NCBI GenBank assembly: GCA_965240325.2
Contig: OZ251225.1
Location: 3,596,001 to 3,660,000 of the forward strand
Direction of reading: 5' to 3'
DNA: 64,000 nt
Source: Rebecca billardiae RCC1528
Lineage: Eukaryota > Protista > Haptophyta
Part shown: positions 30,678 to 41,500 of the stretch, one piece after another
How the letters are laid out: the number at the start of each line of letters is the position of its first letter
Numbering within the stretch: position 1 is the stretch's first letter
Made by a program: the position numbers and the translations under genes
Notes under the pieces: generated by a model
Told to the model about the DNA's origin: nothing
Databases searched by the model: none
The model's input: only the letters and a program-made list of their open reading frames with translations

Positions 30678-33637
30678 ATGCGGCATGCGTACGCCTTCGC
30701 GAACCTGTGCGGTAACGTGTACCGGCAAGGGAACGTCGTCTTCACGCGCGATGGCAACACGCTGCTCAGCCCCGTGGGCAACCGCGTCTCGGCGTTCAAC
30801 CTCGTCGCGTCCCGCTCGATGACGTTCCCGTTCGAGGCGCGCAAGAACATCGCGCGGCTCGCGCTCTCTCCAGACGGCGGGCTGCTGCTCTGCATCGATG
30901 AGGACGGGTATGCGCTGCTGGTCAACGTGCCCAAGCGCACCGTCATCCACCACCTCAACCTCAAGGGCAAGGTCGGCGCCGCGCAGTTCAGCCCAGACGG
31001 GCGCTGGCTGCTCATCGCGGTCGGCAGGCGCGTGCAGGTGTGGGCGACGCCCGAGATCGAGCGCACGTTCACCCCGTTCAGCCTGCACCACACGCACAGC
31101 GGCCACATGGACGACATCACCACCCTCGCGTGGTCCGCAGACTCGCGCTACTTCGTCACGGGCTCCAAGGACCTGACGGCGCGCGTCTTCACCGTGAAGC
31201 GCACCGCCGGCTTCGTGCCGCCCACGCTCGGCGGCCATCGCAGCCCGCTGACGAGCGTCTTCTTCGACGCGGCGCGCAGGCGGCTGTACACGGCCACGCG
31301 CGACGGCGCGCTCCTCGTCTGGGAGCGCATCGCGCAGGAGGCCGGTGCCGTCGCGGCCGTGGCGCGCGGCAAGCGCAAGGCGGCTGCGCTCGAGCTGCTT
31401 GCCGCGCGCGGCGCTGAGGGCGACGCGGACGAGCGCACGCTCGAGCGGTGGGAGCTGCGCAAGCGGCACATCTTCGAGCGCTCGCACGGGCAGGTCAGCT
31501 CCGTCGCGCACTGCGACCGCTCCCCCGTCAGCGCCGCCGCCGCCGCCGCCGCCGCCGCCGACGGCGCGGGCGCGCGCGAGCCCGAGCCGCGCGCCGTGCT
31601 GCTGGCGGTCGGCTTCACGACTGGCGCGTTCGCCCTGTACGAGCTGGAGGCGGAGTCGTGCGTGCTGGTGCACTCGCTGTCGATCTCGGACCAGCACGTG
31701 AGCACGAGCGCGATCAGCCCGTCCGGCGAGTGGGTCGCCTTCGGCTGCGCCGCGCACGGCCAGCTCATCGTGTGGGAGTGGGCGTCCGAGACGTACGTGC
31801 TCAAGCAGCAGGGCCACCTCGAGGCAGAGGTGAACGCACTCGCCTACTCGGCGGGCGGCGCGGTGATCGCGACGGGCGGGAACGACGCGAAGGTGAAGCT
31901 GTGGGACGTGAGCTCGGGGTTCTGCTTCGTCACCTTCGCCGAGCACTCCGCGCCCGTCACGGACCTCAGCTTCGTGCCGCACGGCCGCGCGTTCGTGAGC
32001 GCGTCGCTCGACGGCACCGCGCGCGCGTTTGACCTCGTGCGGTACCGCAACTTTCAGACGTTTGTGACCCCCGCGCCCGCGCAGCTCACGTGCGTGGCGG
32101 TCGACGCGTCGGGCGAGCTGGTGACGGCGGGGAGCCTGGACACGCTGCGCGTGTACGTGTGGAGCATGCAGACCGCGCAGCTCGTCGAGAGCCTCAGCGG
32201 GCACGAGAAGCCCGCGGCCGCGCTCGCCTTCTCCGCGTCGGGCGCCGTGCTCGCGTCCGCCTCGTGGGACGGCACGGTGCGGCTGTGGGACGTCGTCAGC
32301 CACAAGGCGCGCTCGGACGTGCTCAAGCACTCGACGGACGTGCTCGCGCTCGCGTTCGCGCCGAGCGGCAACCTGCTGTGCACCAGCACGCTCGACGGCC
32401 AGCTCGCCCTCTGGGACGTCGAGCTCGCCGAGCAGGTGGGCTCGATCGACGGCCGGAAGGACGTGGCGGGCGGCCGCTCGGCCACGTCGCGCGTGAGTGC
32501 GATGAACAACGCGTCCGGCATGTGCTTCCGCTCGGTGAGCTTCTCGCCGGACGGCGAGCTGCTGCTCGCGGGCGGCAGCTCGAAGTACGTCTGCATGTAC
32601 GACGTGCGCCACCGCACGCTGCTCAAGCGGTACCAGCTCTCGCACAACCGCTCGCTCGACGGCGTGCTCGACTGGCTCGACAGCCGCCGCATGGTGGACG
32701 GGCGCGCGCTCGACCTGATCGACGACGACGACGAGGACGGCGAGCCGCGCGGCCGCGGCGACTGGGAGCTGCCGGGCGTGCGCTCGGGCGAGCACTCGAA
32801 GCGGCGCACGCCGCGCGCCGTGCGCGCCACGGCGGTCCAGTTCTCCCCCGACGGCCTCTCCTGGGCCGCCGCCTCCACCGAGGGGCTGCTCCTCTACTCG
32901 CTCGACGAGCTCAGCCTCTTTGACCCGACCGCGCTCGACGTCGACATCACGCCCGACGCGATCCGCGCGGCGCTGGGGCGGAAGGAGCACTCGCGCGCGC
33001 TGGTGATGGCGCTGCGGCTCAACGAGGCGGAGGTGCGCCGCCCGCTCCGCCCGCCACCCGCGCCCTCGCTGCGCGCGGCGCGCCCACCGCGCCGCCCCAC
33101 CTGCGCCGCTCGCGCCTGAGCGCAGGCGCGCGGGCGTGCGCGCGCCCCCGCGCCGCGCGAGCGCAGGTGCTGCGCTCGATCTTCGAGGCGATCCCGCTGG
33201 ACGAGATCGCGCTCGTCGCGCGCGCGCTGCCCGTGCTCCACCTGCCGCGGCTACTGCAGCACGTCGCCGCCGAGCTCGAGAGCAGCGTGCACCTCGCGTA
33301 CGCGCTCGAGTGGGGCCGCGCGCTCATGCGCGAGCACTCCTCCTTCATCCGGCAGAATCCGGGCGCGTGCCTCGCGCCGCTGCGCGCGCTGCAGAAGGGC
33401 GTGCAGGCGCACTACGAGGACCTCAGCGGGATGTGCGCCAACAACATGCACATGCTCGACTTTGTCACGGGGCTCGGGCCGCCCGGCGTGCGCCCCGCCG
33501 GACCAGGCGCCCAGAGCTACAGGCCCACGCGCACCGGCACTGGCGAGGCTGCGGCGGGAGCGGCTACCGGTCCGACGATCACGCTGACAAACGGCACTGC
33601 CGCGTCGCAGTCACCGTCAGAGTCCGAGGAGGGATGA
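30678..33637 (+). CDS. PWP2: Periodic tryptophan protein 2 (UTP1), SSU processome WD40 protein; intron 33033-33166
   Basis: FANLCGNVYRQGNVVF..DGNTLLSPVGNRVS, GQLIVWEW.SETYVLKQQGH, GFCFVTF.EH, RAFDL.RYRNF, FDP..LD.DITP, AL.MALRLNE, plus a Utp12-like C-terminal exon. Confidence 0.97.
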
Positions 33638-33978
33638 CGACGACGACGGTGCCGTCTCAGGGCACAGTCGTCAGCGCAGTGCTGACAATCTATGAAGAGG
33701 CTTTCAGGCCCGGTGGCTTGGCACCACCGTTGAGGCGATTGTCCGAATGTGTCACTGGACGCAAATGACGAACAGCTCGACGAGCGAAATCAGCACAACG
33801 GTAAGCTAGCATATATCAGGAAAAGACGCGTGACGATGAACTTGATGGTAATGAATATTCTCCGCGCGCCGCCATCGTTCCCAGCAGCCTCAGTGCGCGC
33901 TCACGACTGCTCGCCCGAGCGGCCCCGACGGCAACCTCCAACCGCCAACCTGGTTGTGCAGCTGCCGACCTGCGCGTC

Positions 33979-34554
33979 ATGGCGGAAGCGGCCGACGCGC
34001 GCTTCCTGGTGATGGCGAGCGGGCAGATCGAGTCCGCGCGCTTCGAAGGGGTCGAGAACCTCTACTGTCGGTACCAGATCCACCACGGCCCCGACTGGGA
34101 GGTGATTCATGGCCTCGAGCAGGGCATCTCGCAGATGTCGACATCGCGCAGCTCGCCATCTGAGGGCGCGGTCGTGGTGTGGAACTTCCCGCTCGACGTG
34201 ACACTGAAGAGTACGAATGTGTATGGCTGGCCACAAATCGTCATCACCGTGTACGGAGATGCCGCCCTCGGCCAGGCCGACCAGATTCAGGGCTACGGGT
34301 CTGTGCACCTTCCCGTCACGCCAGGGCGGCACACCGTTTACGTGCGCACCTTCCGGCCGATCACGTCCAAGTGGGTGGACCACATCATGTCCTTCTTCCA
34401 TGCGCTTCGACCTGAATACAAGGACCCGAGGTTGGTCGCCAAGGGCGAGGGGCGGGAGGTGACGCGTGTGCAGTCGAGTGGCGTCGTCAAAGTGGTTGTG
34501 AACATTGCACAGCAGGGAATGGCTGAGCTGGGCTATCACGTGCCCAGCCATTGA
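33979..34554 (+). CDS. B9D1: B9 domain-containing protein 1 (ciliary transition zone)
   Basis: GQIESA.F...NLYCRY...GPDW...GLEQGISQ, VWNFPLDVT.KSTN.YGWPQ, GYG..HLP..PGRH, RPEY.DP..VA.GEGREVTRV.S.G. Confidence 0.93.
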   Translation: MAEAADARFLVMASGQIESARFEGVENLYCRYQIHHGPDWEVIHGLEQGISQMSTSRSSPSEGAVVVWNFPLDVTLKSTNVYGWPQIVITVYGDAALGQADQIQGYGSVHLPVTPGRHTVYVRTFRPITSKWVDHIMSFFHALRPEYKDPRLVAKGEGREVTRVQSSGVVKVVVNIAQQGMAELGYHVPSH

Positions 34555-35429
34555 GCGTCCATTGCAAGCGGGCTCGAACGAGCTGCTGTCACCCCGAACA
34601 ACTCCTGCGCACTCCGCTCAACACCCAAACATGGCCTGCCGCCACCGCACATTTTTGAACGTGCCCGTGGTCCTGCCGGGGTCCGGGATGGCCGGCCGAC
34701 TTTCGGGGCGATTGGGCATTGGCCCGTCAATGCCGCCGATCTCGCCCGGGCGCTCCGCGCGCGGGCTCCCAAGTCCAGCCGACGACCGTCAGGCGGGCTG
34801 TTTGTACTGACGATCATCTGACCATTTAGGATTGAATGCACAGCGCGTCCGGGCACGGCTTATTTATACAGTTATAATTAGTAAGTGAAATATATATTAT
34901 ATATATAAGTCAGTTCTTCTGCAGTACTCAGTACTGATGACGATGAACACGGACAGTCACGGTGTAATTAATAACAGTACGTAGTTATATTATTCCGAAT
35001 AATGTCACTGGCACGCACTGTGGTCTCTCTTCGGTGAGACTGAGAGCGTGCGATGAAGGATGGCGCGGCAACTCCTGCCACCGTGAGCCTTACGCACGTT
35101 AAAACAAATATTAAACTGTAACACAGACACTGTAACACTCACTGCGGTAGTCGAGGCTCAGACTGCGCGTGCCGGGCCGACGGGTCACGGGCCGCGTCCG
35201 GCCGCGGGCCGTGCGCGGCCCGGGGCGCGCCGCGGGGCCTGCGCACTGAGTCACTGCTGGTAACACTCTCCGCAGGCTGCGGCGCAGTGAGGCTGATCCT
35301 GATGCGTGCCCGGCCCCGGATTCCGCCCGGGATTCTGGAAGCAGACGAATAGCAGAGCCACTAATCTGGCAGTTAATAGTTCTCAGACTCATCACTCTAC
35401 TTGTTGTGGTTTATTCATTTCTTCCTCTA

Positions 35430-36241
35430 TAGTACCCCTCAGGTTTAAGCGTTCGCTTCGCTGGCTACGTGATTGCACGCCCGCTCACGCCGTGACGAGC
35501 GCACCATGGCGGCTCTCTCGCTTGTGGCGCACGGTCGGGGAGCACCCGCGTCTGCGCAGACACACGGCTCGCCCGCAAGTGTGCTGTGTCGCGCACGCGC
35601 GCGCTCGCGCGGCCGGCCATCGCGCACAGACCTGACTGGTCTCACATGCACCAGCATGGTCGTGCACGCACAGCGCCGCTCCGCGCACGCAATAAATTCG
35701 AGCGTGGTGCGCATGCACGTACACTCTGTGTCCCTGGTCCACACACAGCGTGTGAGCTCGTGCTTTGACCACGTGCAGGCGCACCACAGACTTTCGCGCA
35801 GCTGCCGCGCCGGGCCGTGCCAGCGGCTCGACAGGCTCAGCTCGTGGGCAGCGCTCGCTCGATTGCATGCTCCTGCCGCGCAGGGTGCCCAGCTTGCTGC
35901 GCTCGGTGTGTACTGGCGCGCTCGGACGGCACCCCGCGTACGCCTCGGGCCACGCGTGGGAGCCTAGCTCCACGCACGGAGGACTCGCAGGCGCAGGCCG
36001 GCGGCTGCCTCACACGGCTTGGTCGGGAGGCCGCCGCGCGGCTACCGTCGAGCTCGCCGATCGGCTGCACCTACTTTCAGCGCACGCTACCGCCGCCTCG
36101 CGCACGACACGGCAAGGTTGAACACGTGACTGTGGGCGGGCATCAGCCCCAAGTACGCAGCCATCAGCACCACGGCCTTCACCTTCAGCGCCGACGATAG
36201 AGCCGCCGCTTGATTTTATCGCTTAAACTTGAGGGCCACTA
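35430..36241. repeat. Module A, 812-bp MITE-like unit (copies start at 35430, 39353, 43276, 47199, 51122, 55045, 58968)
   Basis: 22-bp imperfect TIRs, no credible ORF, seven direct copies. Confidence 0.88.
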
Positions 36242-36558
36242 AGTCGGAGGCTGCTGAAAACCCGCGTGAGACGTGAGCATCATCGTAGGAGGTGTCGACG
36301 AAGATTCACTCTGACGCGCGCAGTCCGTTTCGACTCTGGCTGGCGCGCGCGCTATATGGCTAGGACGGATCGTGCCGGAGCGCTCGGAGTAGCCGGCTTC
36401 TCCCCGTTGCACGAGACTGTGCTGCTCCATTGGCAACATGACTGGGTTGTCATTCGTAAGCGTCAGTCAGGGACGTGACATGTGATGACCATGGCCTAGG
36501 CCACTGAGACCGCAAGATCAAATCAGCCACAGGAGTTGTGACCTCGAGCGCGAGCGCG

Positions 36559-38590
36559 CGCGCTCGGCACGCCCCCCGCGCGTGTACCGCATGCCCGAGC
36601 CCGCCCTTCAGATGCGCACGGCGCGCGCGCCGACTCGGCGCTTCTCGCTGGCTCTAGCCGCAGCCGCACCTCTCCGTAGCCGTTGGTCGTGACACACCCA
36701 GCTCAGCTTGGTCAGATTCGAGCTCGAGCTCTCGCGCGCGCGACAGTAGAGGCGGGCCGCCGGTGCCATGTGTACGCTCATCGGGGCCGTACCTGGCGCT
36801 GCGCGCCGCGCCGGCGCGCGCGCGTGTGCGCACGCGCCGCAGCAGCCGTGTCGTTGCTTGAGCCGTGAGGCGCCGGCTGATCGGCAGGTCGGGAGGTCGT
36901 GAGATCTGAGCTGAGCCGAAACTCCGGCCGTGGCGGCGGCGCAGGATGAGCGCCGAGCGCGCGCGCGCGCCCTCGCGCTCGGCACGCCCCCCGCGCGTGT
37001 ACCGCGTGCCCGAGCCCGCCCTTCAGATGCGCATGGCGCGCGCGCCGACTCGGCGCTTCTCGCTGGCTCTACCCGCAGCTCTCCGTAGCCGTTGGCCGTG
37101 ACACACCCAGCTCAGCTTGGTCAGATTCGAGCTCGAGCTCTCGCGCGCACGACGGTAGAGGCGGGCCGCCGGTGCCATGTGTACGCTCACCGGGGCCGTA
37201 CCTGGCGCTGCGCGCCGCGCCGGCGCGCGCGCGTGTGCGCACGCGCCGCAGCAGCCGTGTCGTTGCTTGAGCCGTGAGGCGCCGGCTGATCGGCAGGTCG
37301 GGAGGTCGTGAGATCTGAGCTGAGCCGAAACTCCGGCCGTGGCGGCGGCGCAGGATGAGCGCCGAGCGCGCGCGCGCGCCCTCGCGCTCGGCACGCCCCC
37401 CGCGCGTGTACCGCGTGCCCGAGCCCGCCCTTCAGATGCGCATGGCGCGCGCGCCGACTCGGCGCTTCTCGCTGGCTCTACCCGCAGCTCTCCGTAGCCG
37501 TTGGCCGTGACACACCCAGCTCAGCTTGGTCAGATTCGAGCTCGAGCTCTCGCGCGCACGACGGTAGAGGCGGGCCGCCGGTGCCATGTGTACGCTCACC
37601 GGGGCCGTACCTGGCGCTGCGCGCCGCGCCGGCGCGCCAGCTTGCGCGCACGCGCCGCAGCAGCCGTGTTGTTGCCTGAGCCGTGAGGTGCCGGCTGATC
37701 GGCAGGTCGGGAGGTCGTGAGATCTGAGCTGAGCCGAAACTCCGGCCGTGGCGGCGGCGCAGGAGGAGCGCCGAGCGCGCGCGCGCGCCCTCGCGCTCGG
37801 CACGCCCCCCGCGCGTGTACCGCGTGCCCGAGCCCGCCCTTCAGATGCGCACGGCGCGCGCGCCGACTCGGCGCTTCTCGCTGGCTCTAGCCGCAGCCGC
37901 AGCTCTCCGTAGCCGTTGGCCGTGACACACCCAGCTCAGCTTGGTCAGATTCGAGCTCGAGCTCTCGCGCGCGCGACAGTAGAGGCGGGCCGCCGGTGCC
38001 ATGTATACGCTCACTGGGGCCGTACCTGGCACTGCGCGCCGCGCCGGCGCGCCAGCTTGCGCGCACGCGCCGCAGCAGCCGTGTTGTTGCCTGAGCCGTG
38101 AGGCGCCGGCTGATCGGCAGGTCGGGAGGTCGTGAGATCTGAGCTGAGCCGAAACTCCGGCCGTGGCGGCGGCGCAGGAGGAGCGCCGAGCGCGCGCGCG
38201 CGCCCTCGCGCTCGGCACGCCCCCCGCGCGTGTACCGCGTGCCCGAGCCCGCCCTTCAGATGCGCACGGCGCGCGCGCCGACTCGGCGCTTCTCGCTGGC
38301 TCTAGCCGCAGCCGCAGCTCTCCGTAGCCGTTGGCCGTGACACACCCAGCTCAGCTTGGTCAGATTCGAGCTCGAGCTCTCGCGCGCGCGACAGTAGAGG
38401 CGGGCCGCCGGTGCCATGTATACGCTCACTGGGGCCGTACCTGGCACTGCGCGCCGCGCCGGCGCGCCAGCTTGCGCGCACGCGCCGCAGCAGCCGTGTT
38501 GTTGCCTGAGCCGTGAGGCGCCGGCTGATCGGCAGGTCGTGAGGTCGTGTGAGCTGAGCTGAGCCAAACCTCTGGCCATGGTGGTGGCGC
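36559..38590. repeat. Inner satellite of module B: five monomers (415, 409, 409, 415 bp, then a diverged fifth), repeated in all six B modules
   Basis: Monomers start CGCGCTCGGCACGCCCCCC at 36559, 36974, 37383, 37792 and 38207. Confidence 0.93.
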
Positions 38591-41500
38591 GCGGGCAGCT
38601 GTGACCTCAAGTGCGGGCGTGCACGCGCGTCGCACAGCCCTGCATCGACGTTACCGGCATCTGGCTCGGTGAAGTCCGGCCCAAACATATGAGCCCCAGC
38701 ACCATCTCAATGGCTTGGCCGAGCCCGTCGTTCACGGAGAGGTCGTGGCGATCATAGGTCGCTGCCATCGCAGTCTTCGATACGCGCTGACCCTTCCTGT
38801 ATGCCACGGCTAAGCTCAAGTTGGCCATGATCGTCGGCGCCGCTGCTCGCTGTGCGCATGGTCGCACCGTGGGGCTCTCGGCCGCCGGCGGCGGTCGCCC
38901 TGCAGCCATGCACAAGCTGCTTGCCGATTGGTCGGTTACAAGAATCTACTTTTGAATCGCAGCCATCATCCGTCCAAGAGCTCCGGCGACGGCCGCGTGC
39001 GGCGCGGTGGCGGCCGCCTGGGCGACACAGCGCGCGCAGCACCCGGCGTTAGAGCGCAATCGACGCATACAACCTCGAAGAGACAGCGCTAGTGGGTCGT
39101 ACTATCGTGGTTTGCAGCCCTTCTCTCCATGCTCTGCGCATTGCCACCGCCGCGCGCCGCAACGCTTAAGCATCAGCGAGCTCTCGCAAATCACTACGCG
39201 CATGGTCTCCTCCTCGCCCACCAGGGCCGAATGATCGGAGGTCGCGCTGTGGTGGAATACCAACCTAAATATTGTCGTGCGCGTGGTGCAGCCCGGGCGC
39301 CTCAGCGCACCCCTGGCACCAGCGCACTATTTACCTCTCTTTTATTACCACTTAGTACCCCTCAGGTTTAAGCGTTCGCTTCGCTGGCTACGTGATTGCA
39401 CGCCCGCTCACGCCGTGACGAGCGCACCATGGCGGCTCTCTCGCTTGTGGCGCACGGTCGGGGAGCACCCGCGTCTGCGCAGACACACGGCTCGCCCGCA
39501 AGTGTGCTGTGTCGCGCACGCGCGCGCTCGCGCGGCCGGCCATCGCGCACAGACCTGACTGGTCTCACATGCACCAGCATGGTCGTGCACGCACAGCGCC
39601 GCTCCGCGCACGCAATAAATTCGAGCGTGGTGCGCATGCACGTACACTCTGTGTCCCTGGTCCACACACAGCGTGTGAGCTCGTGCTTTGACCACGTGCA
39701 GGCGCACCACAGACTTTCGCGCAGCTGCCGCGCCGGGCCGTGCCAGCGGCTCGACAGGCTCAGCTCGTGGGCAGCGCTCGCTCGATTGCATGCTCCTGCC
39801 GCGCAGGGTGCCCAGCTTGCTGCGCTCGGTGTGTACTGGCGCGCTCGGACGGCACCCCGCGTACGCCTCGGGCCACGCGTGGGAGCCTAGCTCCACGCAC
39901 GGAGGACTCGCAGGCGCAGGCCGGCGGCTGCCTCACACGGCTTGGTCGGGAGGCCGCCGCGCGGCTACCGTCGAGCTCGCCGATCGGCTGCACCTACTTT
40001 CAGCGCACGCTACCGCCGCCTCGCGCACGACACGGCAAGGTTGAACACGTGACTGTGGGCGGGCATCAGCCCCAAGTACGCAGCCATCAGCACCACGGCC
40101 TTCACCTTCAGCGCCGACGATAGAGCCGCCGCTTGATTTTATCGCTTAAACTTGAGGGCCACTAAGTCGGAGGCTGCTGAAAACCCGCGTGAGACGTGAG
40201 CATCATCGTAGGAGGTGTCGACGAAGATTCACTCTGACGCGTGCAGTCCGTTTCGACTCTGGCTGGCGCGCGCGCTATATGGCTAGGACGGATCGTGCCG
40301 GAGCGCTCGGAGTAGCCGGCTTCTCCCCGTTGCACGAGACTGTGCTGCTCCATTGGCAACATGACTGGGTTGTCATTCGTAAGCGTCAGTCAGGGACGTG
40401 ACATGTGATGACCATGGCCTAGGCCACTGAGACCGCAAGATCAAATCAGCCACAGGAGTTGTGACCTCGAGCGCGAGCGCGCGCGCTCGGCACGCCCCCC
40501 GCGCGTGTACCGCATGCCCGAGCCCGCCCTTCAGATGCGCACGGCGCGCGCGCCGACTCGGCGCTTCTCGCTGGCTCTAGCCGCAGCCGCACCTCTCCGT
40601 AGCCGTTGGTCGTGACACACCCAGCTCAGCTTGGTCAGATTCGAGCTCGAGCTCTCGCGCGCGCGACAGTAGAGGCGGGCCGCCGGTGCCATGTGTACGC
40701 TCATCGGGGCCGTACCTGGCGCTGCGCGCCGCGCCGGCGCGCGCGCGTGTGCGCACGCGCCGCAGCAGCCGTGTCGTTGCTTGAGCCGTGAGGCGCCGGC
40801 TGATCGGCAGGTCGGGAGGTCGTGAGATCTGAGCTGAGCCGAAACTCCGGCCGTGGCGGCGGCGCAGGATGAGCGCCGAGCGCGCGCGCGCGCCCTCGCG
40901 CTCGGCACGCCCCCCGCGCGTGTACCGCGTGCCCGAGCCCGCCCTTCAGATGCGCATGGCGCGCGCGCCGACTCGGCGCTTCTCGCTGGCTCTACCCGCA
41001 GCTCTCCGTAGCCGTTGGCCGTGACACACCCAGCTCAGCTTGGTCAGATTCGAGCTCGAGCTCTCGCGCGCACGACGGTAGAGGCGGGCCGCCGGTGCCA
41101 TGTGTACGCTCACCGGGGCCGTACCTGGCGCTGCGCGCCGCGCCGGCGCGCGCGCGTGTGCGCACGCGCCGCAGCAGCCGTGTCGTTGCTTGAGCCGTGA
41201 GGCGCCGGCTGATCGGCAGGTCGGGAGGTCGTGAGATCTGAGCTGAGCCGAAACTCCGGCCGTGGCGGCGGCGCAGGATGAGCGCCGAGCGCGCGCGCGC
41301 GCCCTCGCGCTCGGCACGCCCCCCGCGCGTGTACCGCGTGCCCGAGCCCGCCCTTCAGATGCGCATGGCGCGCGCGCCGACTCGGCGCTTCTCGCTGGCT
41401 CTACCCGCAGCTCTCCGTAGCCGTTGGCCGTGACACACCCAGCTCAGCTTGGTCAGATTCGAGCTCGAGCTCTCGCGCGCACGACGGTAGAGGCGGGCCG

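Noticed and set aside
30534-32990. 818-aa minus-strand ORF; likewise 13424-16039 (-), 20116-22518 (+), 2467-3630 (+)
   Set aside because: These are antisense shadows of PWP2, the CHAT-STAND-kinase, kinesin and Gag caused by GC3 bias.
39050-39110. AYNLEETAL resembling the pogo transposase motif YNxDET
   Set aside because: It is flanked by stops, the catalytic Asp is missing, and no other DDE or HTH motifs were found.
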